Of a stretch of 64,000 nucleotides of DNA, positions 13,244 to 28,850 are shown piece after piece. Source of the stretch: Eledone cirrhosa (taxonomy: Eukaryota); NCBI GenBank assembly GCA_964016885.1, contig OZ024746.1:87916001-87980000 (forward strand). The letters run 5' to 3'. The notes under the pieces were generated by a model. The model ran no database searches. It saw only the letters and a list, made by a program, of their open reading frames with translations, and was not told the origin of the DNA. The position numbers and the translations under genes are program-made. Numbering within the stretch: position 1 is the stretch's first letter; the number at the start of each line of letters is the position of its first letter.

Positions 13244-14019
13244 TTGTGTGTGTGTGCGCGCGCGCGAGTGTATGGGTGCATGCGTGTGTGTATGTGTGTG
13301 TGCGTGTGTGTGTGTCTATGTGTGTGACGTAAATGTTTCCAACGCTGCTGCGAAGCCCCTCCATGTGTAGTTGATACGTATATGCATAACCCTGCTCACG
13401 GGGCGGCTCTACATGCATATTCCCCGTCCTATTCACTCACCTAATATAGTAAATTCTACATCAGAAATCAACAGGAACCATATGCAGACTACGATGCACC
13501 AAGCGACTACATGTGTCCCTCTGTTGTTGTTGGACGAAACTACAATAATCTGATCGACAACGCAATACAGCTTATGAAAGACTTCAACTATCTCTAAGTG
13601 GTCATGTCGTCCTCCTACCCTTCAGCCCAACGAAATAGAATAGATAGACTCGCATGCAGCCTCCAGATCATCAAACGCAGATTTTAAGAGTTACCACTAC
13701 CAATGCATGGATAATGAAACATATATGCGGTTAGAGTGTGAAGATGCTAGTAAGAAGGCGAGTAAATACATGTGTGTAAGAAATAATGTGGAGTTGTACT
13801 TCAGTCAAACGCATCAAAGGGGAAGAAGAAATATACACATTCTTTAGGGTGAGTTGGAATAATGCGATGTATGTAGTGGGAGAGCTCCTCACCGAGAGAC
13901 ATGTAATGAGGTAAGTGAGGTAGTCAGATTGGGTGATAGTTAAGTGACAGAATAATTATCTTTCCACGATGTCCTCATAGGGTCTACTTAAATGACAATA
14001 ATATTATAGAAACTGCTGG

Positions 14020-15835
14020 TGACTGTAATGGACGTGTTGCGAAGTATCATAAGGGATTCCCTGTCATACAAGGAAGCTACTGTTAATGGAAAAACAAAAG
14101 AGAATGGGAATAGGCTTCTGAAGTTCTGTGAAGCTCTCGACATAATGGCGTGTTACAAAATCTTCAAGAAACCAGCTAACAACCTGATTACTTAACAAAG
14201 AGCAGAGCATACAAGCCAAATATACTTCATACTCGCCAGTTAAAGGGACAGGCAAATGTTTGTAAAAGCCAAAGAGATTTGGGGAAGAATATACCTACCA
14301 ATAAAGACTAGTTTTCATTCACCACAGAATAAATGCTAAACCAACAATGATACAAAATCAGTCTGGGAAAGGACGACATGTAAGCTACGTGAACCTGCAG
14401 TAAGTTAAACATACAGAGACATCCTATTTGATGCCTTTGATAGTTTGGAAGAGATCGAGATATATAACAGAGGAAAACTAGGGATTCCAATGGGACAACC
14501 TGCTAAAAGCCACATACCACACCTACGGCTGGTGTAAGACGGAAAATGTCGTGATGATGAAAGAGCTACAAAAATCAAAAGCACAAGCCTGTAGGCGGAG
14601 TCAGGAAGAAATATCAAATATCTGGACGAGAGGCCAGGCGCAATGTATAGGTAGCGGGTAGAGCAGAAATTTGCTTATGTTTTGTGTCATGAAGATCAGA
14701 AGCATGAAATATTTCGGATTGAGAGACAGTGTGGTAAAGAAAATCATAATGAGCTGGGGGACAATTGCGTTCCAAAAGATAATAGAACACTTGCACTGCC
14801 TGATGCCGAAAATAGGATGCATATAAGTCTAACGATGAGAGACTGTGGAAGGAAATGAATATATGGGACTGCAAAGGCCTACCCCATTTGATTAACCAGA
14901 GAGGGATCAAATATAAAATTTGACAACAATGTGATAGAAAAAATAATAAATGTAGCTGAAGCAGTATCTGGTTTATTTATTGATATGCTAAAATCATCTA
15001 GCATGGTAGGATATGCGATAGTCAGACACATAGATAATCAATACGTAAGAGAAAGAATCATACCGAATGACTGCCGAAGCAGTGTCATTGTAAACTACTA
15101 CAAGGAGAAAGGAGGTCAAGTAGAGAGAAGTAACTACAGAGGTGTCAATTTGATGCACCATGTTATGAAAGCGTTTACAGTAGAATTAATTAGAGAGAGA
15201 CAATCAAGTTAGATGAAACGAATTTTGGATTGATGTAGTCTTTATAGAGATACACTTGTATGAGAGATACCTAGCTAAGAGTAAGCCATACTCTCTGGCT
15301 TTTGTAGATATGGAGAAAGCATTTGACATGGTCCTACGCTCTGTAATTTGGTGGGGACTTAACAAGCTAGGTGTATATGAATCGCTTCTGAATGTCGTAG
15401 ACACCATGTATAAAAGAGTAGACAATAGGCTGTGAGTTGGAAGCAAGTACAGTGATCAATTTCGTGTGCAGGTGGGCGCCAAAGCGGTCAGTCCACAGTC
15501 CACACCTGTTTATCATTGTTCTTCAGGAGAAAACTACATAGTTTAAAACTCTCATTGTCTCATATATGCAGATAACCAAGAACTTATAACATATTACATA
15601 GGATATCTGGATATAGACTTCCAATCATGGCACAAAAACCTAGATTTCAAATGTCTAAAACTGAAGTTGTGAAAGAGAAAAGTGTTTATAAGTAAGAAAG
15701 AGGACATGAAGTTGACACCACCACAGAAATTTCCGTGAGTAATATGTCAGAAGAAGTCGGGCAAACATTCTACATGGTGCGGAGAATGTCAGTTTTGGAT
15801 GCACAAGAGATGTAGTGCAATTGGAAGCAGATTAC
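14020..15835 (+). mobile_element. Old degraded RTE-clade LINE
   Basis: Fragments IPNDCRSSVIVNYYKEKG..NYRGVNL, AFVDMEKAFDMV and IYADN, plus a Cys cluster C..C.FWMHKRCS near 15775-15815. Confidence 0.8.
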
Positions 15836-15849
15836 GAGAGAGAGAGAGA

Positions 15850-15930
<81 letters not shown>

Positions 15931-16487
15931 ATATATATATATAGAGAGAGAAAGAGAGGGGGGTAGTTGAAGGGAGATTATTATCTTATAATTTCTTATG
16001 AACATTGATAAGAATTGTATGATCGAAATTTACACATTTGGAAATCAGTCTATAAATATATGCATAGTGAACAATTACATGTCAAATTATTCACAAAGTA
16101 TATCTACGTATATTATGTGAATATAGAATTAGAAGAAGGCATTTAACTAACACGTATATGGAAGCAATTGTTTTACATGAATATTAGCCAACATGTCTAT
16201 AATTACGTACATTATTTAATAAACCAGACAATGCTATCCAAAGGAACATGGTACCATGATGGACATTATAGCTGCTGCTTCATACATTATTAGTAATCAT
16301 GTTGAATTAGTCTTACTTAACCTCATTGTTCATCCAGCGGTAGCATTATTATTTGCTATTCGTAGACATTCTCTATATTAATACAGCTCTACATGTGTAC
16401 ATGTGTATATCCTCGAGTGCCCACGCGTGTGCGTATGTATGTGTGGGGTCTGATCTATTGTATTGTATTATATTATGTTATAGTAAT

Positions 16488-16840
16488 GGGCGGTAGATTG
16501 GCAGTGTCGGTAGAGCGTCATACTCTTGCAGCATAGAGTGCTGTCCCTTTACGCCCTGAGTTCAAATCCCACCGAGATAAATTTTGCCTTTCATCCTCAC
16601 GGGGTCGGTAAAATAAAGCACTAGTAACGCACTGGGGTAATTGCTGGCCTTGTGGCAAACGAAGAAACAAAGTATCGGTAGAGGTTTGGACGCCATGCTT
16701 TCTAGTATAGTTACGTCCCTTTACAGTCTGAGTTCAAATCCCGCCGAGGTTAACTTTGCCTTTCATCCTTACGTGGTCGATAAAATAAAGTACCAGTAAT
16801 GTACTGGCTAATTGATGGCCTTGTGCCTAAAGTAGAAACA
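16488..16840 (+). mobile_element. Head-to-tail dimer of tRNA-derived SINE, family S1
   Basis: Two units (16488-16670, 16671-16840), each with B box GAGTTCAAATCC, TTTGCCTTTCATCCT..GGTCG.TAAAATAAAG and a GGCCTTGTG..AGAAACA end. Flanked by GTTATAGTAAT / GTTATATTAAT. Confidence 0.9.
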
Positions 16841-17046
16841 GTTATATTAATAATATTATCTATAATGAATCTTGTTGCAGATCATATTTTTACTCAGGGG
16901 CGGACATTCAGCTGCTGACGATCTAAACTAAATTTTCAGACCTTCCTCTAAACAAATTTGGGTAGAAAAATATAGAATTATTATCTACGATTGTTTTTTT
17001 TATAATAATAATGGCAATGATAAAGAAAACTATATATATATATATA

Positions 17047-17813
17047 AGTTAAGTGAGTTGGAATTTGTCAGGAGTATCGCTAAAAAGCTTTCTCCGATAA
17101 TGTATTTATTTATTTACTCTTGCTGCAACAGATTTGGAATTCACGGTAACAGGTTAGACTTTCCTTGTTTATTTGTTTTATATATAAATATTGTTTTATA
17201 TATAAATATTGTTTATTTGTTTTATATATAAATATCTCATTCTGTTATTTTGCCCGAGAAAATATATGCGTGTCATCAAACGTTGTACACACATAGATAT
17301 TTTTTCAAGTTCCAATTGAATTCTAGCACGTGGCCCAAATGCCTTTTAGAGTTCATTGTCATGCGGATGTATTGTTTTTTTGGCGGTAATTTACTTCCTC
17401 ATTTTTGAATCAGTTTGAGGATTTCTTTAGAACTGCTGAACTCAGGCACTGATGATGATTATCGCTAAATACTGATGTTGGTTAGATTATCAATATTAGT
17501 ATTATTGAACACCCCCTGATGAATTATAGGAGCCCACTTGAATATATGTCTATTGATGGTATAAAAACTCCTACATAAATTGGTATAATTTCACCCAAGT
17601 TGTAGGAATCCTATAATGAAACGAGACGTCCGCCTGGGAAGAGATATATTCGATATGTCTCATATGAAATAATACAGCCAATTCTCCACGCGATACATTT
17701 AGTTAGCACCCTGAGCGCTTAATTAGGAATATACTCACTTATTTCCTAATGTTTGTTGAGTGAGTTGGAATTTGGCCGGAGTATCGCTATAAAGCTTTCT
17801 CCGATAATGTATT

Positions 17814-17818
<5 letters not shown>
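17047..17818. mobile_element. Non-coding element with about 65 bp terminal direct repeats between (TA)n tracts
   Basis: AGTGAGTTGGAATTTG..GGAGTATCGCTA.AAAGCTTTCTCCGATAATGTATTTAT at about 17052-17109 and 17759-17816. Confidence 0.75.
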
Positions 17819-17853
<35 letters not shown>

Positions 17854-18044
17854 AAATAAAAAAATACAAACATTTTTCATGCATTTAATTGCTGACGATC
17901 GTTTCTTCCAGACAAATGTCTGGTTTCATCAGAGCATGCACAGTGTTAACACAATTAATTACATTCCTAGTTATTAGGACATTCATTAAGATACATTATT
18001 ATTAACAGTATCAGTGACATCATAATGAAAAACAAAAGTAATAA

Positions 18045-18380
18045 AATGATATTACATTGAAAAGATAGCAGAATGTGGGAAGCTGTTATAAAGACGGTAT
18101 TACTAAAAGTTTGTATATCAAGCATATTACACAGAAAATTGATAATAGTATGCATTAAGATAATACATATGCAAAATGATAGGAAGCATATACATGATAT
18201 TACAGTAAAAAGATAGCAAATTAAGGAAAGGTGTTATAAGAAAAGTATAAGTAAAAGTGAAAATATCAGGTATATTAGACACAAAATCTCAATCATAACA
18301 TGCAGTAAGGTAACACAGAAAGCGAATATATCAAGCAAATTATACACAGAATGTTAATAAAAGCATGCATTATGCTAGAT
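18045..18380. repeat. Degenerate tandem repeat, unit about 150 bp
   Basis: GATATTACA..AAAAGATAGCA..TGTTATAA..TAAAAGT..ATATCA recurs twice, with a partial third copy. Confidence 0.6.
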
Positions 18381-19227
18381 CAAATACATAATGATAGCAT
18401 AGATACAAATGTTATGTAAAGATTATGTGGCGAATACGTTTCATTCAAAGATGTTTATATTGGAGTTAATGATAAAATGTGTATGCTGGGCGTAATCTGA
18501 ATAGTTTATGTAAGAAATGTTAATATATATAGTTGTGGCATGTATATGCAATATAGCATAGATTGGTAAAGTTTAAATAAGTATATAAAGCAAACATTTA
18601 TCCGACGGTTTCTGTTGCCACATCAATATTGGGGTTTGAAAAATATTATATTATACATTCCTCAATGTAGCCATTCTAATTACAGTTGATGTCAAAACAA
18701 TCGCTTTTACCAAATCTAATGAGAGGGGTGGTTTTAAGGAGTTGATAAAGGTCGGATTTTGAAATAAGAAATAGATTATTAAAAGGGAGTTAATAACATA
18801 TGGGATGTAATTAAGGAAATATTGAAATATTTCAATGGATTTATATCCTTATGTTATTTAAATCATTATATAATTAATCCATCTATTAATTAATATATTA
18901 ATTAATTACTATATTCATTAATTAATATATTTATTTATTATTATTATTTATTATTTAAATTTATCTATTTATTAATTTAATATTATTTAATTCTTTTTCA
19001 AATTATATAAAGAGTGTTAAATTATTAATTCAGAAGGGTATTTATTCAGTAGTTGATAATATTAAAAAAAATTGTCTCTCTCATTTAAAAAAAAAAATTG
19101 TTCTGACGAATCAAATAAGGGAGAAAAAAGAAAAACAGACCCTAAAATATATTTTCCGTGCTATTTCCAACTTCAACTTTTCTCTATATGCACTGTTTTT
19201 GTATAGAAACTTACTTAATTTTCCTAA

Positions 19228-19640
19228 TATATATAATAAGAAAATGCGAAGTAGTTTCGGGTGTTAAAGTCTTTATCGATAAGGCTGTGATACATATTTC
19301 AATGATGATTGTGGCCACGTGATTCCGGCTAACCAGTGCTGTGATAAGATCAGAGAGATTCTTACATAATTATATTACGTTCTCTAGGCAATCCAAATTA
19401 AAAGGACAAGGGAACTGACACAAATGATGTTCTAGAAGCCTTCGCCCGTTCCCTTGTGAGCCCTAATTCCCCTCCACCGGTCGTTTTAATTTGGATTGCC
19501 TCGAGAAAGTTACCTTATTAGGTAAGAAGCTCTCTGATGCGATCAGGACATTGGTTAGGAAGAAATCATGTGCCCACTGTCGTCATTGAAATATCTATCA
19601 CAATCTGAAACTACTTCAAATTTCCTTATTCTAAATATAC
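19228..19640. repeat. Diverged long fold-back (inverted arms of about 180 bp)
   Basis: GAAGTAGTTTC..GTGATACATATTTCAATGA..ATCAGAGAG..AGGCAATCCAAATTAAAA is mirrored by TTTTAATTTGGATTGCCT..CTCTCTGAT..TCATTGAAATATCTATCAC..GAAACTACTTC. Confidence 0.85.
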
Positions 19641-19924
19641 TCCGTCATACTATGGGGAAAATGTACGTAGATTGCTTGAATTGAATTGCATCAATGTTCA
19701 CCGCCCCCCCCCCCCCCCCCCACACACACACACGCACACACATGCGCGCGCGCACACAAACACACACATATATATATATTAATGTATGTGTGTAAGTGTG
19801 CATACATTTACGTATGAACAGTGCTATTGCTAGAAATATAATTCTCATCTTATTTTTAATATTCGACAAAGCCAGCCGCAAAGCTGATGCAATGCTGAGG
19901 CACCGCCAGCGATGCTAAACTTTC

Positions 19925-20500
19925 CATAGTCAGCTGCGCCTGGTTGGCCATTGATGCAAAAGGGAGTTTGTTGCTACTTCTCTTACTTGCTCTACACCTC
20001 CTGCTGTGGGCTCATCAGGGTTCTTGGTCAGCTGAATACCGAGATCTCTCTTGAAAACATCTATATTCAAAACAAGCCGATCTCTCAGATGTTTTGGCAG
20101 CTTTATGAAAACCTGGGGGTCCCTTGAACCACAAGCTATTGCAGTATGTTGCATATTCTGGAGGCAACGGATGGAAATTTGGCATTTCACAATTGTATCC
20201 TGTTCGTGGTTTGGTCCAGCGTTATATGCTGACTTTTAGTACTAAGCCTTCCAGGATCCTCCATATATATCTCACTTACGATCTCTCCTGTCAACGCTCT
20301 ATGGAGTAAGAGGTTAGATCTTCAGCTTCTCCCACTAGCTCATCCCTTTTATTAAGGCAATCCTGTGGGTTGAGCACAGCTGAGAGCAATAGTCGAGGCG
20401 GCTGAGGACGAAAGTCCTCCAGAGGTCAAACATGGTTTCAGGATCTGTTGTTCTGAAAGTCTCCAGAATCCATCCCGCCAATCGCCTGCACATTGCGACA
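19925..20500 (-). mobile_element. Degraded 3' fragment of a CR1-group LINE ORF2
   Basis: GWILETFRTTDPETM..LSRLDYCSQL and LPKHLRD..DVFKRDL..PDEP..NSLL; related to 50361-50920. Confidence 0.85.
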
Positions 20501-23500
20501 ATTAGGAAGTGTGCATACATCTCTGTATACATCTCCAGGTATTCTTTACAGCATTGTACCGGCTAGAATAAAAGTATCACTCTTATACTATACATATCTA
20601 TGCACTACCCCACCTCCACTATTTTTTTATCAACCCACTCATTATAAAAATCATACAAACGCATATAATCCTTCCCAACCTCTCTTACAATGAATCTACA
20701 TTCATAGATACGTCTAGGTCCAAAGTGTATGTGTAAATAAGAAGCAAGATATCAGTAAAAATATATGTAAAACATATCAACTAGTGAAATGGTATACATT
20801 AGATAATTTCAAATAATTAACCAATATATTTCTCTTAGCATAGCGAAAATATCCTATTATCAATTACAAAGCATTTCCTTCTTCACCCTAATTACCATAT
20901 AATTGTAACAACCTGTAAAATAGCGTCATGGTACAACCGTTTATTTTGTACAAATTGTGATTAATGAGAAACAATATAAAACTTAACGTTTCTTCCTTAA
21001 ATCAGGAAGCACCCAACTACATTAAAATAATCTAGTGCTGTAACACAAAGTAAGTATACAGTGCATTAATCTTATAAAGGAGACAGTTTCTAAATTATAT
21101 CTCAGTTTGCGAAATCATTTTAGGGTACCATCAATAAGTTGCATCCTTTCGCAAGCATATTAAAATTGATATATCTAATTCTCTATGATGTTTCACACGA
21201 GAGTCCAAAATAATATACCAACTAGAGATTAATTTGTTTTATCAGATTTTTATTCATCTAACGTGGTTGCTCCTATGTGTCTTTCGTTACACGATGCTAT
21301 GAAATATTTTTCAAATTCTCACTTCTTAACTCGTATACGAAAGTGATTTAGAAAAAGACATACTCACATCTCTCTGTATACATAAACCATATACAAATTT
21401 CATATATTTAGGAGATCAAATAGATGATTAAAATCCACTATAATTTTTACCCCCGTCAAATGACGTCATTTCGAATTGAAATGTTTAATATACTTAACAC
21501 TTTATCCTATAAGATGACCACATGTGAAGCTACTGGTGCTGTTCAACTGAACAATCTTTTTGTATAAGTATACATTGTGCGTTTCATACTAAATTAAAGC
21601 CTTTTAGATTTTAGATCGATACTCCGTTGACGATCCCCTTTTCTCCTTTCTTGTCCTTTGTATATTCATATCCCACATCGTATCTCATCTCTCACTTTTA
21701 CTTTATCTCTTTCTCATTCTTTATTTACGAAATGTTATATTAATACCTCCTCATTAAGATTTATTATCACGCGATATAAAAATTATATTAATCGCAAATC
21801 CAAAATATTACAGCTTCCATAAATAGTTATATGGTTCAATGTTTAATTTTTGTTTCTTCGTATATATTTTCTTCGTATTTATTTTCCTGGTCGTTTGTAA
21901 ATTAACACAAAGACACCTCAGTGTTAAACCTCAGTCCAGTGTCCTCATTAACAATAACAAAATAGATATGCAATATATTCAGACATGCCATGTCTTAATT
22001 TCAGTGAATTTTGCTTCCTCACATGAGAAAAAATATATCACGTTAAGAATGAAGCTTTGGAAATATGGCAGAGAATTGAAACATTGACAACATTGAAAGG
22101 GTTTGCGATATGAGAAAACGAAAGTTAAAAGCACAAAATAAATGAATTAAGCAACTGTCCAACAAAATATATATGTAGATGAACACCAATAACAGCAGCA
22201 ATAATATATCAAACAAGCAAAGCCAAACATACTAAGACGTACAAAACATATAACTGTACCAAGAGAAGCAGAAAAAAAACAACGGCTACAATTACTAAAA
22301 TAACAACTGCAGATATAACAGCAAAGCTCCCGACAAAGCCAACGCCATCATCAATGGGAATGTCAGCAATTACATCTTCATAATTTCCTTGCTGCTTGGA
22401 AGAGCAATACTTACTTAATGGAGTTCTTCGATATGTATTAAAGAAAGTTGGAAAACAATCTATTTCCCAAACTTCAAATAAGCAGATTGTTGATAAAGCC
22501 AATATAAAAGTCCATGAACAAATCTTATGGAAAATTATTCAGCTAAAGATGCTTCAGAGAAACGTCAGTCATACCCTGTGTAAATAGTGCGACAGATAGT
22601 TAATATTTGTCAACGATTCGCATGTAAAGTTGCTGGTGCGGAAGAAGCGACAATTGCAGAATTAATACCGATTATTGAATCTAGATGTGCCAGCAAGCAA
22701 AATCAAACATTTCTAGTTCACTTTGCGTATGTCTTAATACGAAGCCCATGCATGTTCGTCATATGCAAGTTGAGTGTAACGAACCTGTTGTTTCAGAAAG
22801 CTTTATATATGCAGGAAACCTAGGTTTATTCACATATTTAGAGCGCTTTCCTTGGAGCGACATGATGATTAGTACATTTAGACGAGATGTCTCTATTCGT
22901 TTAACGTGTATCGCATACATTTAAGAACAGATATATGGGGACGTCAACAAACAAGAGATGGTCATTCAAATTATAATGTGGCTCCAACCCCTGTTATTTA
23001 GTTCAGCCGTTAACTCGTGTATCTTGTTTTCAGTGAATTACTTCCGCAATACCTAGCGTTTAATACATTGAAAACGCATTCAAATTAATATATTGAATGA
23101 CCCGCTCTTGTTTGGCGAAGTCCCCATGGATTTGTTCATAAAGGTGTAGGATACAAGTTAAACAATTAGAGACATCTCACCTAAATGGACTTATCATCAT
23201 GGCGCTCCAAGGAAATCTCTCTGAATGTGTGAATAAAGCTAGACTTCCTGCAAACAGAGAGTAAGCACTATAATCCCTCATATATAAAGCTTTCTGAAAT
23301 AGGCTCGTTACATTCAAACGATCATTGTTTTAGCCTGTTCTTATGCTTCATTCTTATCACATTCCTGAACGTGACTACTCAAGGAAAATGCTCAAATTAG
23401 CTCGCAAGAAAAGAATTTCAGAGAAAGAAAAAAAAAAAAACATAAAGAGACATCGAATATGCAGATGTTTCAATTAAGGAAATAGAAAAAGTGACATTAA

Positions 23501-24574
23501 ATATATAATCGTTCAGAACATGCTGATAGGTTCGACAAACAAGAGCACCAATAAACGCGCAGTATATTTGGCTTGTGAAAACGCAAACATATTCATAAAT
23601 ATTCAGCGAAAAACAATTTCAATATAATAAACACTTTTCTGAATGCCAATGATAACAGCATTTCACACAGTTCATACTTCCTTAAATGAAAGTAATTCAT
23701 GTAAACATTCAATTCCATCTCTTGCAGCGTAGCTTTAAAAAGACGCGCATGTGATATCGACCATTACATAATTAAATAAACTACATGGCATGATCATTGT
23801 GCGGTAGCAAATACGTCATCCTGTTTAAAACAAACATCTGACAACCCCAATGTAAATATATATATATATATTTGATATATCTCCCTTACCACATTTCCTT
23901 CGTTATATATATATATATACATAAGTGTGTGTGTGAGTAAAAAATGAACACTAACAGGTAGACATCATAAAAAGTTCATTTATTCTGTGTGCTTACAAAT
24001 GTTTCCACGGTGGATAGGTTGTGATATCAGTACAGGTGGGTTAGGTAATACCTGTCTCCCATTTAGTGGTTGGGAGGCCGATATTACGTTATGCGCATCT
24101 GTTATTAAAATAATTTGTTTTGGAGTGTTGTTTAATTGCTTTAAGTTAGTTGTTTTATGTATGCTTCAATGTTTGGTGCAGTGGAGTATGATAGTTTAAT
24201 AGATTTAGAGTTCAGAATGTTACTGTATTTATGGGAACTAGGGAAATGCTTGTTGATTAACTTAAAGAATGAAAGAGATATATAAGTATGTAAGTGAGAA
24301 ATGAAATTTCGTTTCATTTTTTTCCGTTTAATGAAATAGATAGTTTTGTACTAATCGAAGCATTAAAATGGGATTATACCAGATATACATTCTATAACGT
24401 GATTTATTTGGTGATGATTTTCTATTATTAGTATGTCTAGGTGGTAATGCGTCTGTGTGCTTATATTTCAGTACGCCGGTTACGTATTCCTTGATTTTGT
24501 GTAGAGCTATGTGTGTTATGGAGATTCTTATCAATGTATTCTATTGTATCCCAGTGGTCGGCATTCCTTAATGC

Positions 24575-24626
<52 letters not shown>

Positions 24627-24636
24627 TATATGTATG

Positions 24637-24765
<129 letters not shown>

Positions 24766-25138
24766 GTGTGTGTTTGTATGTGTATCTGTATATGTGTGTG
24801 TATGTGTGTGTAGGTATGTGTGCGTCTCTGACTGTGTGTGTATGAAATTTTCTAAAAGATTTCAATGAATAAAAGTGTTTAAGTGTTTGAAAGAAACATT
24901 GATGCGATTAAATCAAATTTCAAATTTGTTGAGTGAATAAGAGGAAAACATTAGAAAATAATGCTTCATATACAAGAAGAAAATTCCAAGACAAAAGCAT
25001 GGAACAGGAAAATAAAATATCCGAAGGCAAAGAAAGCAATGTACGAAAAAGTCAATGACAAAAAGTTTGAGAAAGTGTATGTTTTTACCAGCAAAGGGAA
25101 GTGAAATCATACGATATATATATATATATATATATATC

Positions 25139-25205
<67 letters not shown>

Positions 25206-25561
25206 TGGTGTGCGTGAGCGTGTGTGATAATGTGTGAGTGTGTAAATTTGTGCAGGTTTGCGAATGTTGTGCCTGTGTGTATTCTTATGCTTGCTGTTGA
25301 AAGATTTTTTGCTGATTAAACAAAGAAATGAATTTTGCAAAACATTCAGAAAATACTTTTCTTTGATGATATTTTGGGGAAAAAATATGCTTACAGAAAT
25401 ATACTAACAAATTGTCTAAACGATATACAAACATACATAGACACACACGCAAACAAACGCCCATACACTCACACACATAAACTCACAAACACGCGCACAC
25501 ACACACATATATATTATATTTACATATATGTATATGTGTGTGTATTTATATACATACACAC

Positions 25562-25616
<55 letters not shown>

Positions 25617-25625
25617 CATACACAC

Positions 25626-25716
<91 letters not shown>

Positions 25717-25860
25717 CATATGCTGTTTTAATGTTAAAAAGTATATTTATGAAAGTAAAATCGAATCAATGAATAGAAGAATAAATAAAATAAATACGAA
25801 CATATTTGTGGATGATTGATTGAAAACTTGAAATACGCTTTTCTTTCTATACACCTACAA

Positions 25861-25893
<33 letters not shown>

Positions 25894-25899
25894 TGTATG

Positions 25900-25949
<50 letters not shown>

Positions 25950-26638
25950 GTCATTTAATCTATTACCTGTTCCAGTTATCCGGTAATAATATATTTTTAT
26001 ACACACATATATATATACATGTATATATAATTACATACAAATATATACAAATATACGTATATATAATTACATACCAATATACGTATATACTCCCGATACA
26101 GATAAACACACACAGAGACACACACACTCACATACGCATGCATATATCCGGAATTTATTTTCAGTTCGGCTTTCCTTTGTTTTTCAAAGCTTTTCAAAAA
26201 CTGAACAGATGTCACTTCCGTCTAAAGACGACATATTCAAAACTGCGACTGTGTTTGAGCATGCAATGCTTGGATGTATGAGCATATATATATATATGCT
26301 TACATACATAAACATCTTTATAAACACACTATGTGATTTTTTCTCATTTTTTCGGACTCGCATATTATTTTCCCTCTCTCTCTCCCTCTCTCTCTCACAA
26401 GCACACACATACAATTGTGATTGTGTATGTGTCTGTGTGTTTGTGTATTTGCTAATATATGTTATTATATTACAACCTACGATCATGTGATAAAGAGTTT
26501 TATAATTGTTTTGCGATTTGCTTTCGGAATACAGCGTTGATATACTTTGATATCCTCCTTCTTATTCCTCTCTATTACATTTTTTTACAATACATTATAC
26601 ACCTTCTAATCAGTGGTATGCTAACAGCTATCTATAGC

Positions 26639-27060
<422 letters not shown>

Positions 27061-27813
27061 TAGAGCCTATCACCCTTCCTCCTCTCTCTCTTCCATTGCC
27101 TCATAGCCTTCTCATTTATGGTATTTATAATTCTTTTTCATACTTTCCTATTCAGTCTCATCTGCCCTTCTTTACTCCTTTCTCTTCTGTTCATTGGTTG
27201 ATTTCGTTTGTACTCCGTATTTTCTTTCTTCTCTTTCTATCATATTTCCATCAATATTTGTAATGTTATTTATACAACTGTGAATTGATTTATTGTCTAT
27301 AATTCTATTAAATTCTAGCTGTCTCTCCATCTCTGCGTGTCTATAGGGTTGCATGTTTCTGACTGTATATCTTTCTTTTAACTATCTATTTACCAATACA
27401 CCACCCTACCTCCCTGAATCCCTACCAATCTAACTCCCATCCTCCTACCTCACTTCCTGCTTATTTATCTCTCTATCCATCGTCATATCTATCTATCTAT
27501 TTATCTATATATCTATCTATGAATGTATATTTACAAGTCTATCTTCGGACGAGTAAAAGAACAACAGAACATGAATCTCAATGGAATTACAAAAATAGAT
27601 GTAGAGATACAAGAAAATGTTATCGTAAGTTAGTGGATATGTTTTATTCCAATTAATGAAAATATAGAAGGAAACATAGGAAGGAGGCAAAGGAGAATTG
27701 ACAATTCAAGCTGCTTTGCACAGAGAGTCGTAAAGTAGGAATATTTTTGCTATAAATGTCGTCATTTTGAGGAATAATATGCTAGTCTATGTGTGTGTGT
27801 TTAAAAGTCTGTC

Positions 27814-28030
27814 TTAACCCTTTAGTATTTACAATACTTCCTATCTACTGTTATATTTTCATTGTAAAGGATTTAACTCACATAATATCGAATCTATGAG
27901 ATTTTGATGTTATTCATTTTAAGAATAATATCTTAGCGTTATTATGATTGGAAAAATACTGCCAGTTTGAACAAAAAAATGAGAAAAATATGACCGGCGG
28001 ATAAGGCTGGTTCAAATGCTAAGGGGTTAA
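27814..28030. mobile_element. piggyBac-type MITE with TTAA target duplication
   Basis: TTAA-CCCTTTAGTATTT ... AAATGCTAAGGGG-TTAA. Paralog of 5094-5340. Confidence 0.85.
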
Positions 28031-28032
28031 AA

Positions 28033-28240
28033 CCAGAAGGAGCGTTTGCCCGGTGCTCATCTCGGTTTCGTGGTGGGAAGCAACCGACAGTACAAGACGT
28101 ACACTTGGTCACAGTCCTTCGCAGGGTTAAACTCTCAGCTATTGCTGGTACTCATTTTAAGCTGAATATACTGGGGTGTCAAGAAATGAATTGTTTTGCT
28201 AGTAAGTCCAACAATCTTACCACTAGACTACGCGTCTCCA
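28033..28240 (-). mobile_element. SINE family S2, internally deleted copy
   Basis: Reverse complement matches 4135-4425 (CAGCTATTGCTGGTACTCATTTT; CCACTAGACTACGCG head). Confidence 0.8.
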
Positions 28241-28636
28241 TATTGGCTCACCACCCTACGATGTTTTGGGATAGTTGGCTTAGGATTACCCCGGCCTCGT
28301 TGAACAAAAGTAAGAAGAATGTGTGTATGTGTATTCAAATTTAAACTTTTCTTCAGGCATTAGTCTGTTGATGAAATGAGATACTACATTCAAGGGTTTT
28401 AATTGGTCGTACTGACTCCAGTAATTGTTATCTTAAAATTTCTCATTTTTCGACCTCTGTTTATAGAAATATTTATTTGCCAGACACACGCACGCAAACA
28501 ATTACGAAGACACATACTCACATAGAGACACTTACGCACATACATGCACACACAGACATACTCACACATACGAACGCATATAGCGAGTACGATATCCGAT
28601 ACATTCTTTTCGCCTCGGCAAACTAGTTTTCTTATT

Positions 28637-28850
28637 GGATTGGCAGTAACGGTAGAGAATCGGAGACCATGCTTTGCAACATAGAGTTGCGACCCTTTAT
28701 GGTCTGATTTCAAATCCCGCCAAGGTTACATTTGCCTTTCATCCTTACGGGGTCGATAAAATAATGTACTATTAACGTACTGGGGTCTATTTAATCGACC
28801 CCCCCCCCCCCCTAAAAAAAAATCACTGGCCTTATGCCTATACTAGAAAT
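28637..28850 (+). mobile_element. SINE family S1, long subtype
   Basis: GATTGGCAG..TTCAAATCCCGCC..GCCTTTCATCCTTACGGGGTCGATAAAATAA..TTAATCGAC-polyC-polyA..GGCCTTATGCC..AGAAA. Confidence 0.9.
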
